Part shown: one piece after another, positions 8,704 to 17,682 of the stretch | Position numbering within the stretch: the stretch's first letter is position 1 | Layout of the letters: the number at the start of each line of letters is the position of its first letter | Source of the DNA: Euryarchaeota archaeon RBG_13_57_23 | Lineage (GTDB): Archaea > Thermoplasmatota > Thermoplasmata > UBA10834 | Direction: 5' to 3' | DNA length: 48,411 bases | Assembly (NCBI GenBank): GCA_001800675.1 | Contig: MGVW01000016.1 | Coordinates: 7,686-56,096, forward strand | Position numbers and translations under genes: made by a program | Notes under the pieces: model-generated | The model's input: the letters and a program-made list of their open reading frames with translations, nothing else | What the model was told of the DNA's origin: nothing | Database searches by the model: none

Positions 8704-10375
8704 GTTGAAGGACGGACGCGAGGCTTCCCTGAGGAGCGATGCGCTCAGGAAGGGGGCATCTCGAGCGGCGGCAAGAGGGCTGTTGCGCGCCGTCGGCATG
8801 AAGGACTCCGACATGGAGAAGCCGATGATAGCCATCGCGAACTCGTTCAACACGATCGTGCCCGGGCACATGCACCTCGACAAGCTGGTCCAGCAGGTCA
8901 AGAAAGGGATCGAGGAGGCCGGAGGAGTGGCCTACGAGTTCGGGGTCCCTGGGATATGCGACGGCATCGCCATGGGCCTGGACGGGATGAGATATTCCCT
9001 TCCTTCCAGGGAGATCATAGCAGACACAGTCGAGGCGATGGTGGAGGCGCACGTCGCAGACGGCTGGGTCGGGGTCACTAACTGCGACAAGATAACACCC
9101 GGGATGTTGATGGCGGCTGGAAGGCTCAACGTTCCGTGCGCGTTGCTCACGGGCGGTCCCATGATGCCTGGGGTGTACAAGGACCGCAAGCTCGATGTAA
9201 TCTCGATCTTCGAGGCCGTCGGAGAACTGAAGGCGGGCGCGATTACGGACAAGGATTTCGACGAGATAGAGAAGCGCGCGTGCCCAGGTCCGGGCTCGTG
9301 CTCGGGGCTTTTCACCGCCAACACGATGGCCTGCCTCACGGAAGCACTCGGTCTGAGCGTCTCGGGGTGTGCTTCATCTCACGCGATCTCGCAGGACAAG
9401 ATGGAGATCGCGAGGAAGACGGGAAAGCTGGCCGTCGAACTGGCGAGTAAGAACATCAGGCCGAGAGACATTGTTACCAAGGAGAGCTTCGAGAACGCGA
9501 TCCGAGTCGACAACGCGATCGGCGGATCGACGAACACATGCCTTCACCTCATTGCGATAGCCAGGGACTTCGACATCGATCTCCAGCTCGAGCTCTTCGA
9601 CAAGATCTCGCGGGACACGAAGCACATAGTCGCGCTGAAGCCGAGCGGAAAGCATTTCATGATCGACCTCGAGCAGGCTGGAGGGATCCCGGCGGTGCTA
9701 TCGAGGCTAGCCCCGAAGTTGAAGGACGCCAAGACGATCGAGGGTGAATCGGTACTCGACATCGCCAGGCGCTCGCGGGTCAAGGATGCAGAAGTCATCA
9801 GGGATCAGAACACAGCATACCATGAGGAGGGCGGGATCGCCGTCCTCTGCGGCAACCTCGCCGACGAAGGCTGCGTCGTGAAGCAGTCGGCCATCGCAGA
9901 TTCCATGAGGCGATTCGAAGGGCCCGCGAAGGTGTTCGACACCGAGAAATCCGCCACAGATGCAGCGCTGGCAGGGAAGATCAAGCCGGGAGACGCGGTC
10001 ATCGTGAGGTACCAGGGGCCCAAGGGCGCGCCCGGCATGCCGGAGATGCTCGGCCTTACCGCAATCCTTGCCGGGATGGGGTTCGAATCTTCGGTAGCGC
10101 TCGTCACCGACGGGAGGTTCTCGGGAGGTACTAGAGGGTTTTCCATCGGCCATGTCTCACCCGAGGCGTACGCTGGCGGGACGATAGCGGCTGTCCGGGA
10201 CAAGGACATCGTAAGGATAGACCTCGACGCTCGTGAGATAGAAGTCCTGATCTCACAGAAGGAGATCAAGTCGAGACTCAAGGAAAGGAACCCTCCGAAA
10301 TCGAAGGTCACCGGCTATCTCAAGCGCTACAGGGAGTCCGTCAGCTCCGCGAGCAAGGGCGCCGTGCTCGAATGA
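8696..10375 (+). CDS. ilvD: Dihydroxy-acid dehydratase
   Basis: [36 protein letters not shown] and [18 protein letters not shown] start overlaps the aspartate kinase stop (GTGAGTGA). Confidence 0.92.
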   Translation: MSELKDGREASLRSDALRKGASRAAARGLLRAVGMKDSDMEKPMIAIANSFNTIVPGHMHLDKLVQQVKKGIEEAGGVAYEFGVPGICDGIAMGLDGMRYSLPSREIIADTVEAMVEAHVADGWVGVTNCDKITPGMLMAAGRLNVPCALLTGGPMMPGVYKDRKLDVISIFEAVGELKAGAITDKDFDEIEKRACPGPGSCSGLFTANTMACLTEALGLSVSGCASSHAISQDKMEIARKTGKLAVELASKNIRPRDIVTKESFENAIRVDNAIGGSTNTCLHLIAIARDFDIDLQLELFDKISRDTKHIVALKPSGKHFMIDLEQAGGIPAVLSRLAPKLKDAKTIEGESVLDIARRSRVKDAEVIRDQNTAYHEEGGIAVLCGNLADEGCVVKQSAIADSMRRFEGPAKVFDTEKSATDAALAGKIKPGDAVIVRYQGPKGAPGMPEMLGLTAILAGMGFESSVALVTDGRFSGGTRGFSIGHVSPEAYAGGTIAAVRDKDIVRIDLDAREIEVLISQKEIKSRLKERNPPKSKVTGYLKRYRESVSSASKGAVLE

Positions 10376-10485
10376 GCTCACGCTGACGATCTGTCCCATC
10401 AGTGCCTCAAGAAACCACACAACCATTATTGAACACAGATGCCATTGGCCCACTGCAATAGCGAAGGGAAAACTGGAGGCGTCGT

Positions 10486-11853
10486 TTGGAGACTGAGGAA
10501 GTCAGGCTTCTGTTCGTTGTGCTCCCGGCAATCCTCGGGCTGGCAACCGTGGCGTACATCGGCTTCAGAGTGGCAGCCACATGGCCCGGATTCTTCAGGG
10601 CCCTGAGAGGATGGATCGTAGTTGCGATGGTGGTTGCGCTCGCACTATACTGGATAGGCGAGTTGTTTGCTTGGATTGACTCGTCGGCAGTAGAAGAATG
10701 GAAACCTAAGGGGGACCTTGGCTTCGTGGTACTTGCCGCTTGGCTCGCCGTTTGCATGTCGGCCCTAGGGACCGAGTACAGGAACCTGAACCCTGCGAAC
10801 GAGTTCAAGGTGTGGTTCAGAAAACATCCCTTCAACATGGTTTCTCTCTGGGGCTTGATTGGACTGGCGGGAGTGGGGCTGACTCTCGCTGCGGACCAGT
10901 ACGGACCTAAGGAATACGACACTCTCTGGCTGATCCTCCCTGCAGCAATATACCTGGCAGCATCTGCAGCCATCGTGCTGATCGAACATCTCCGTCGATC
11001 CACGGGAAAGCATACGGCGTCTCTGAGAGGCAGGGGACCGCCGAAGATGGCGCCCCTTGCGATTTCGTGGGTCCTGATACCCACGGTCGTGCTCATGCTC
11101 GGTGTGCTCGGCGAACTCGAATCGTTTCTCGGAGAATTCAACCCCTACAGTTGGATCCTCGTCGTACTTCTGGGAGTGCTGGCCAGAGCAATCTCGAAGA
11201 CCAGGTTCATCGCGATGGTCATAGACCCGGGGCTGGAAGGCGTACGCAGGGAGGGATTCAGGGAATACGACATTCCCCGAGGAGCCTATCTCGTACACGA
11301 TGAGAAGAGCGACGCCGCATTCGCGTTGTTCTCGGACCTGACTTCTCTTCCTCTGAGACCAGATGCGATCATACCGGGCATCGAGGTCAGCGCCTCCGAC
11401 ACGCTTCTGTATCTGATACCTCAGGGGCTCATCATCACGAGGGAGTTCCCCGACAAGGTCCGGCAGAAGCACAATCTACAGGTTACGCCGATCATCTGGC
11501 TCACAGAATCTCCTGGGGAAAGAAGGATAGCGCCGACGAGCCTCTCGATGCTGACAGATACGATCATCAGATTCATGGAGACGAATCCGAACAGCATCGT
11601 CTTCCTCGAAGGAATAGAATACATCTGCACATTCAATGATTTCAAGAAGGTGCTAAGGTTCCTTGACGCCCTCAACGAGGCAGCCTGGGTGACGAAGGCC
11701 AGGTTGATCCTCACGGTGAACCCCAAAGCCTTCGAGATCAGGAATCTCGCCTTGCTCGAGAGAGACAGGACCGTCATCAGAGGCTCTGCCGGCGTGGAGG
11801 ACCTGAAGGTGGAATCAAGGATCGCGACCGCGCCCTCCGGCCCCTCAGAATGA
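10486..11853 (+). CDS. Polytopic membrane protein with a C-terminal DUF835-like cytoplasmic domain
   Basis: About 7 hydrophobic segments in the first ~240 aa. The C-terminal block IIWLTESPG...IVFLEGIEYICTFNDFKKVLRFLDALNEAAWVTKARLILTVNPKAF resembles the archaeal DUF835 domain. TTG start. Confidence 0.6.
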   Translation: METEEVRLLFVVLPAILGLATVAYIGFRVAATWPGFFRALRGWIVVAMVVALALYWIGELFAWIDSSAVEEWKPKGDLGFVVLAAWLAVCMSALGTEYRNLNPANEFKVWFRKHPFNMVSLWGLIGLAGVGLTLAADQYGPKEYDTLWLILPAAIYLAASAAIVLIEHLRRSTGKHTASLRGRGPPKMAPLAISWVLIPTVVLMLGVLGELESFLGEFNPYSWILVVLLGVLARAISKTRFIAMVIDPGLEGVRREGFREYDIPRGAYLVHDEKSDAAFALFSDLTSLPLRPDAIIPGIEVSASDTLLYLIPQGLIITREFPDKVRQKHNLQVTPIIWLTESPGERRIAPTSLSMLTDTIIRFMETNPNSIVFLEGIEYICTFNDFKKVLRFLDALNEAAWVTKARLILTVNPKAFEIRNLALLERDRTVIRGSAGVEDLKVESRIATAPSGPSE

Positions 11854-11914
11854 CTTGATCGAGTCCGCCCCATGGTTGCACATTAATTGCATCAATCGCG
11901 ATAGAGTGCTGGAA

Positions 11915-11928
11915 GAAAGGCCTTTTTT
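11915..11928. terminator. Short palindrome plus T6 between convergent genes
   Basis: GAAAGGCC followed by TTTTTT (11923-11928), between the DUF835 stop (11853) and the pheA stop (11949). Confidence 0.35.
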
Positions 11929-11948
11929 AAGACAATACATCCGGTCGC

Positions 11949-12788
11949 CTAGGCATCTGCCTTCTTGTACGAGCCGAGTATCTTGACGAATGCTCCCGTC
12001 TTTAGCAGGCCACCTATCGCAGCGTGGCAGTTGGGATCGTCCATGTTGCCCTCGAAGTCCGCGTAGAACACGTACACCCAGGGCTTGTTCTTCCTCGGCC
12101 TTGACTCCAGCTTGGACAGGTTGACCCCTCTCGAAGCGAACTCGCCCAAGCACATGTGAAGGGCGCCTGGCACGTTCTTCGTGGCGAATACGATGGACGT
12201 CTTGTTGGGATCCGGAACCGGGCCCGGGTTCTTCTCCAGCACGAAGAACCGTGTGAAGTTGACTATCTCGCTCTGTATGTCTTCCTTCAGGATCTTGAGA
12301 CCGTAGACCGAGGCCGCACGTTTGCTGGCTATGGCCCCGAGATCCAAGCGCTTGGACTCAGCGACTATGCGAGCACTGCCAGCGGTATCATAGGCGGGCG
12401 TGACCAGCCACGATCTGTGGTTCTGCAGGAACTTCCTGCATTGGCCCAATGCCTGCGGATGGCTGATAACCTCCTTGATGGAGTCCATCGTGGCATCGTC
12501 ATAGGCCATGAGACAGTGTTTGACCGGGACGATGACCTCTCCCGATATCGTGAGGTCGTGGTCCAGCAGCAGATCATTCACCTGGGCGACGCTGCCCTCG
12601 ATCGAGTTCTCGACGGGCACTACCGCGTGGGAGACCGCGTCCCGCTCAACGGCCTCGAACACCGCTTGGAAATCGGGGAAGGGCTGCGTCTTGACGCCAC
12701 TGCCGAAGTACTTGAAGCAGGCGTCCTCGGAATAGGCCCCTCTCTCACCCTGGAAGGCGACGAGTCTCTCCTTGCTCAAGTGTATCAC
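11949..12788 (-). CDS. pheA: Prephenate dehydratase with a C-terminal ACT domain
   Basis: VAFQGERGAYSEDA N-terminus, ISHPQALGQC, and an ACT-region ESRP motif. GTG start at 12788. Confidence 0.85.
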   Translation of the reverse strand: MIHLSKERLVAFQGERGAYSEDACFKYFGSGVKTQPFPDFQAVFEAVERDAVSHAVVPVENSIEGSVAQVNDLLLDHDLTISGEVIVPVKHCLMAYDDATMDSIKEVISHPQALGQCRKFLQNHRSWLVTPAYDTAGSARIVAESKRLDLGAIASKRAASVYGLKILKEDIQSEIVNFTRFFVLEKNPGPVPDPNKTSIVFATKNVPGALHMCLGEFASRGVNLSKLESRPRKNKPWVYVFYADFEGNMDDPNCHAAIGGLLKTGAFVKILGSYKKADA

Positions 12789-12892
12789 GCGCAGTACCTA
12801 GAACGACCTATTTCTAACCTTCCACGGGGCATTTCCTGCTCCTCCAAAAGACCTCCATGCGGGGAAGCTGGCTAGCGATTTCCTGAGCCCCG

Positions 12893-12906
12893 CAAAAGTT
12901 TATATC
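12893..12906. promoter_or_regulatory. Shared AT-rich BRE/TATA-like element (CAAAAG-TTTATAT) between divergent pheA and leuA/cimA
   Basis: It is the only AT-rich box in the 262-bp intergenic region and is near-palindromic, so it is usable in both directions. Confidence 0.4.
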
Positions 12907-12971
12907 GGTTCAGGCCATGAGGATGCTTGTCATGCATGAGGCGTGACACCACTGCAAAACGGAGGCAAGGA

Positions 12972-13031
12972 ATGGCACACAAGAGCATCGGCCTGCTTAT
13001 TCTGCCCTTGGGGCTGCTAATCCTAGCCTAA
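12972..13031 (+). CDS. Candidate 19-codon leader ORF MAHKSIGLLILPLGLLILA upstream of leuA/cimA
   Basis: GGAGG (12961-12965) lies 6 nt upstream of ATG 12972; stop TAA 13029-13031. 7 Leu and 3 Ile in 19 codons. Followed by T5 (13048-13052) and T4 (13061-13064). Confidence 0.35.
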   Translation: MAHKSIGLLILPLGLLILA

Positions 13032-13050
13032 GGGCTGCAGTGAGGGATTT

Positions 13051-14709
13051 TTGGAGAGTGTTTTGGAAATGCCAATACAGACTCCGAGTGGGACTGCTAA
13101 AGAAACGATGGAGCCAGCGTTCAAGATACCCGACAAGGGGATGTTCGTGAGCGACTACAACAAAGAGATCTTCGCCGCCACGAGGATGCCCGAGTTAGTC
13201 AAGATACTCGACACGACTCTAAGGGATGGAGAACAGACCCCGAACGTGGCGTTATCGTCGGATGACAAGCTGAAGATAGCTCAGGCGCTGGACGAGCTCG
13301 GAGTGGACATCATAGAAGCTGGCTTCGCTGTCAACTCGGAGGGCGAGGCGGATGCCATCAAGAAGATCGCAGGGGCGGGCCTCAAGGCCGAGATATGCAG
13401 CCTTTGCAGGGCGAGCACCTCGGACATAGACGCCGCCCTGAAATGCGATGTCGATTCCGTGCACATATTCCTCGCGACCTCGAAGGTTCATCTCGAGAAG
13501 AAGCTAAGGATCACCAGGGAGGAGGCAAGGGACAAGGCCGTGGTCTCCGTCCAGTACGCGAAGGACCACGGGCTCATCGCAGAGTTTAGCTGCGAGGACG
13601 GCACCAGGACGGAACTCGAGTTCCTAGACGTCGTCCACAAGGCCATCCAGGAAGTCGGGGTCGACAGGATCGACATACCGGACACAGTGGGCGTGATGAC
13701 CCCGCCCGCGATGACTCAGTTCGTGGCGGAGATCAAGAAGAGTGTGAAGGTGCCGCTTGCGGTGCACTGTCACGACGATTTCGGCTTGTCGGTCGCGAAC
13801 TCGTTGGCCGGGATACTTGGTGGAGCCGAGGAGATCCACTGCACGATCAACGGCCTCGGCGAAAGAGCGGGCAACGCGGCTCTTGAGGAGGTCGTCATGG
13901 GCCTGCTGGCGTTCTATAACGTCAAGACGAACATCAACTCACGCAAGATGGCGTTCGTATCGAGGCTCGTCTCCCAATTGACGGGCATCGCGGTCCCGCC
14001 GAACAAGGCGATCGTCGGTGAGAACGCTTTCTCGCACGAGTCGGGAATACACGTTCACGGAGTGCTCAGCGAGTGCTCAACATACGAACCGATGAGGCCC
14101 GAGATCGTCGGCAAGGAGAGGACCTTCGTCGTTGGGAAGCACTCGGGTGTGCACGCTATTCAGAACAAGCTGAGAGAGTACGGGCTCGAGCTCAACCCTG
14201 ACCAGATGAAGGAGGTCGTCACAAGGGTCAAGAAGTGGGCAGAGTCCGGCAAGAAGCTAGACGACGCCGAGTTGCTGGCAGTCGCATACGACGTCATGGG
14301 CCAGGAGGCGGAGCCCGCAATAAAGCTCGAGGAGTTCACGGTCTTCACGGGCCTGAACTTCACACCGACCGCGACGGTCGTACTGAGCATCGACGGAGAG
14401 GTCAGGAGGGCGTCTGAGACGGGCGTAGGGCCGATAGATGCGAGCATGAGCGCCATGCGAGCGGCGGTCTCCAAGAATATCGTGCTCCAGGAGTACAGGC
14501 TCGAGGCCATCACGGGCGGGTCGAACGCGCTTTGCGAAGTCACTGTCAAGCTGGGCGATTGCGAGGATGCGAAACTGCTTTCGCTGGGCAAGAGCGTCGG
14601 GTCGGACATCGTCACGACCAGCGTTGATGCGATGGTGGAGGGTCTGAACAGACTCTGGCACAGGAAGCTCAATGCCAACGTCGGCAAGGAGAAGAGGCGG
14701 GCGTACTAG
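13051..14709 (+). CDS. 2-isopropylmalate synthase or (R)-citramalate synthase (LeuA/CimA family, with the C-terminal regulatory domain)
   Basis: [33 protein letters not shown], and a C-terminal LeuA-dimer-type domain. TTG start at 13051; alternative ATG at 13069. Confidence 0.85.
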   Translation: MESVLEMPIQTPSGTAKETMEPAFKIPDKGMFVSDYNKEIFAATRMPELVKILDTTLRDGEQTPNVALSSDDKLKIAQALDELGVDIIEAGFAVNSEGEADAIKKIAGAGLKAEICSLCRASTSDIDAALKCDVDSVHIFLATSKVHLEKKLRITREEARDKAVVSVQYAKDHGLIAEFSCEDGTRTELEFLDVVHKAIQEVGVDRIDIPDTVGVMTPPAMTQFVAEIKKSVKVPLAVHCHDDFGLSVANSLAGILGGAEEIHCTINGLGERAGNAALEEVVMGLLAFYNVKTNINSRKMAFVSRLVSQLTGIAVPPNKAIVGENAFSHESGIHVHGVLSECSTYEPMRPEIVGKERTFVVGKHSGVHAIQNKLREYGLELNPDQMKEVVTRVKKWAESGKKLDDAELLAVAYDVMGQEAEPAIKLEEFTVFTGLNFTPTATVVLSIDGEVRRASETGVGPIDASMSAMRAAVSKNIVLQEYRLEAITGGSNALCEVTVKLGDCEDAKLLSLGKSVGSDIVTTSVDAMVEGLNRLWHRKLNANVGKEKRRAY

Positions 14710-14738
14710 GAACGTGCCGCCGCATCAGGGGTGAACCA

Positions 14739-15992
14739 GTGGGCAAGACGATCGCGGAGAAGATCCTGTCAGCCAAGACGAGGAGATCCGTGGAGGCTGG
14801 TGAGATAGTCGAGGCCGAGGTCGACTATGTCATGGTGAACGACATAACGGGACCGGCCGCGTTCGATGAGTTCGAGGACCTCTGCGCACCCATCCTGAGG
14901 AACAAGGTCGTGCTGATACCGGACCACTACGTCCCGAACAAGGATGTGGCCTCGGCGAAGCAGGCGAAGAAGATGCGCGATTTCGCCAGGAAGCACAAGG
15001 TGAGCAACTACTACGAGGTGGGCTCGGGAGGGGTCTGCCACCAGCTCATGATCGAGCAGGGATTCGTGGCCCCTGGAAGGCTCATAGTCGGAGCCGATTC
15101 GCACACCTGTTCATATGGAGCGCTCGGCGCATTCGCGACAGGGATCGGCAGCACAGAGGCGGCAACCGTCTTTGCCAGGGGAGTCCTGTGGTTCAAGGTG
15201 CCTGAATCGATCAAGTACTGCGTGAACGGGAAGCTCTCCAAGTTCGTTTCCGGTAAGGACGTCATACTCACAATCATAGGGGATATCGGGGTCGAGGGCG
15301 CGAGATACGCCTCGATGGAGGTCGAGGGCAGCTCGATCTCTTCCATGCCTCTCTCGGACAGGATAACCATCTCCAACATGGGGATCGAGGCGGGGGCCAA
15401 AACGTGCATCATACCTCCAGACGCGAAAGTCGACAAGTACCTGAAGGGACGCGTGAGGGGCCGATACAAGAGTGTCCTAGCGGATGCGGATGCCGCGTAC
15501 TCTGAAGTGAGGGAGTACGATGGTACCGAGATGGTCCCGGTCGTGGCCAAGCCATATCTGCCCAGCAATGTCGTGCCTGCATCCGAGGTCGATGTCGAGA
15601 TAGACCAGGCCTACCTGGGATCGTGCACCAATGGTCGAATAGAGGACCTTAGGATAGCGGCGAAGTTGCTGAAGGGACGGAAAATCCACAGGAACGTCCG
15701 GATGATCGTAGTCCCCGCGACCAAAGAGGTATTCGACATGGCCGTGAAGGAGGGACTCATGAAAGTGTTCTCCGATGCTGGTGCATTCATATCGGGCCCG
15801 ACCTGCGGAGCGTGCCTCGGTGGGTACATGGGCGTGCTCGCGCCAGGGGAGAAGGCCGTGAGCAGCACCAACAGGAACTTCGTTGGCAGGATGGGTGCCA
15901 AGGATTCCGAGGTCTACCTCGCGAGCCCTGCGGTTGTCTCTGCGAGCGCGATCAAGGGACGAATAACCGACCCTTCAGAGGTGGTCCGGTGA
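14739..15992 (+). CDS. leuC: 3-isopropylmalate/citramalate dehydratase large subunit (aconitase family, archaeal short type)
   Basis: GADSHTCSYGALGAFATGIG, YLGSCTNGRIEDL and GPTCGACLGG Fe-S ligand motifs. GTG start. Confidence 0.85.
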   Translation: MGKTIAEKILSAKTRRSVEAGEIVEAEVDYVMVNDITGPAAFDEFEDLCAPILRNKVVLIPDHYVPNKDVASAKQAKKMRDFARKHKVSNYYEVGSGGVCHQLMIEQGFVAPGRLIVGADSHTCSYGALGAFATGIGSTEAATVFARGVLWFKVPESIKYCVNGKLSKFVSGKDVILTIIGDIGVEGARYASMEVEGSSISSMPLSDRITISNMGIEAGAKTCIIPPDAKVDKYLKGRVRGRYKSVLADADAAYSEVREYDGTEMVPVVAKPYLPSNVVPASEVDVEIDQAYLGSCTNGRIEDLRIAAKLLKGRKIHRNVRMIVVPATKEVFDMAVKEGLMKVFSDAGAFISGPTCGACLGGYMGVLAPGEKAVSSTNRNFVGRMGAKDSEVYLASPAVVSASAIKGRITDPSEVVR

Positions 15993-16486
15993 AGAACATC
16001 TTCGAGGGAAGGACCTGGAAATTCGGGGACAATATCGACACGGACCAGATAATACCGGCCGAGTTCCTTGTAACGATGGACAAGTCGGAGCTGGCAAAGC
16101 ACTTGTTTGAGAAGAATCGCCCCGGGTTCTCGCGCAAGGTTGCACGGGGCGACATCATTGTCGCGGGCAGGAACTTCGGGTGTGGCTCCAGCCGGGAGCA
16201 TGCCCCCAGGGCACTTCTCGGAGCAGGGGTCTCCTGCGTGGTCGCCGAGTCTTTCGCGAGGATATTCTACAGGAACGCGATAAACATCGGCTTGCCCGTC
16301 ATAGAGGCCAAGATCAGGATCGAGGAAGGCGACAATCTCAGAGTGGACCTCGCGTCTGGAACCGTGGAGAACAGGAGAACGGCCGACAAGGCCTCGTTCA
16401 AGGCGTACCCGCCATTCGTGATGATGCTCATGCAGAAGGGTGGGCTGGTGCCTTACACCAAGGAGAGATTGGGTTGCACAAAATAG
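15989..16486 (+). CDS. leuD: 3-isopropylmalate dehydratase small subunit
   Basis: KFGDNIDTDQIIPAEFL and GRNFGCGSSREHAP. GTG start overlaps the leuC stop (GTGA). The longer listed ORF is a 5' artefact. Confidence 0.85.
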   Translation: MKNIFEGRTWKFGDNIDTDQIIPAEFLVTMDKSELAKHLFEKNRPGFSRKVARGDIIVAGRNFGCGSSREHAPRALLGAGVSCVVAESFARIFYRNAINIGLPVIEAKIRIEEGDNLRVDLASGTVENRRTADKASFKAYPPFVMMLMQKGGLVPYTKERLGCTK

Positions 16487-17598
16487 GTGTGATACCGGGT
16501 GACGGAATAGGGCCTGAAGTGATCAGAGAGGCCCGCAAGGTCCTCGATGCCGTGATGGAGAAGCGAGACCTATCGCTCGAGTTCGAGGAGTTCCCGCTTG
16601 GCGCGGGGCACTATCTTCAGACTGGGGAGACCGTCTCCGAGGAGACCCTCCAGCGATTGGCTAGAAAGAAGGCGATCCTCCTTGGAGCGATGGGAGACCC
16701 GAGGGTCAAGCCCGGGATACTTGAGAAGGGCATCCTGCTCAGGCTCAGGTTCCACTTCGACCAGTACGTCAACCTGCGACCCGTGAGGCTGTACGAGGGC
16801 GTTCCGAACCCGCTCGCAGGCAAGAACAAGAAGATCGACATGACGGTGGTCCGCGAGAACACCGAGGATTTCTATGTCGGCCTTGGCGGGAGGGTGCGCG
16901 GAGGCCTCTCGAAATCCGCGTTCGAGCTCATCAGGAGAGCCTATGAGGTCAAATTCGACGTGGGGATAGACCTTCAGAACGAGACCGAGCTGGCCTTCCA
17001 GATCGGAGTCATCTCAAGACACGGAGCCCGACGGGTGATCGAGTACGCCTTCCAGCTCGCGAAGATGAAGGAATTGAAGCTCGTCACCTCGGTAGACAAA
17101 GCGAACGTGCTCACGGAGGTCTACGGATTGTGGCGGGAAGAGGTCGACGTACTCGCGGCGAAGTACAAGATCAAACGCGAGTTTCAGTACGTCGATGCCG
17201 TCGCGCTCCATATGGTGCGCAGTCCCGAGCGGTTCCAGCTGCTCGTGACACCCAATCTCTTCGGGGACATACTCACGGACCTCGGGGCCGCGTTACAAGG
17301 AGGTTTGGGGTTCGCGCCATCAGGGAACATCAACCCCTCGGGAGTGAGCATGTTCGAGCCCGTGCACGGATCCGCACCGGACATCGCCGGCAAGAAGAAG
17401 GCCAATCCAGTTGGCGCGATCTTGTCTGCTGGTCTCATGCTGGACACCATTGGCGAGAAGGAGGCGGCTGCGGATATTGAAAGGGCTGTCATGCAGGTTC
17501 TGAAATCTCGCAAGTTCCGCACTGCCGATATTGGCGGTAAGACTTCGACTCCCAAGGTCGGAGATGCGATCGTATCCAGAGTCCTATCGAGGCGATAG
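16474..17598 (+). CDS. leuB: 3-isopropylmalate dehydrogenase (isocitrate/isopropylmalate dehydrogenase family)
   Basis: IGVIPGDGIGPEV, VRENTEDFY and NLFGDILTDLGAALQGGLGFAPSGNI. Probable TTG start at 16474, overlapping the leuD end by 13 nt. Confidence 0.85.
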   Translation: MHKIGVIPGDGIGPEVIREARKVLDAVMEKRDLSLEFEEFPLGAGHYLQTGETVSEETLQRLARKKAILLGAMGDPRVKPGILEKGILLRLRFHFDQYVNLRPVRLYEGVPNPLAGKNKKIDMTVVRENTEDFYVGLGGRVRGGLSKSAFELIRRAYEVKFDVGIDLQNETELAFQIGVISRHGARRVIEYAFQLAKMKELKLVTSVDKANVLTEVYGLWREEVDVLAAKYKIKREFQYVDAVALHMVRSPERFQLLVTPNLFGDILTDLGAALQGGLGFAPSGNINPSGVSMFEPVHGSAPDIAGKKKANPVGAILSAGLMLDTIGEKEAAADIERAVMQVLKSRKFRTADIGGKTSTPKVGDAIVSRVLSRR

Positions 17599-17682
17599 GT
17601 GTGAATCCGTCTCGATGGGCGATGGTTCAAAGCCAATTACGCTGAAGTAGTTGAATCAGGTTTCCGGATAGGAAGTGACCAC

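Noticed and set aside
12806-12850. Mini-ORF MEVFWRSRKCPVEG upstream of pheA as a classical Phe leader peptide
   Set aside because: It contains only one Phe codon, has no Shine-Dalgarno sequence, and no run of regulatory codons. It is kept only as part of the structured-leader observation.
15812-16473. Long N-terminal extensions of the leuD (from 15812) and leuB (from 16180) ORFs, and likewise of hom (from 6125)
   Set aside because: The extensions overlap the preceding well-supported genes in other frames. The conserved N-termini start at 15989, 16474 and 6248 respectively.
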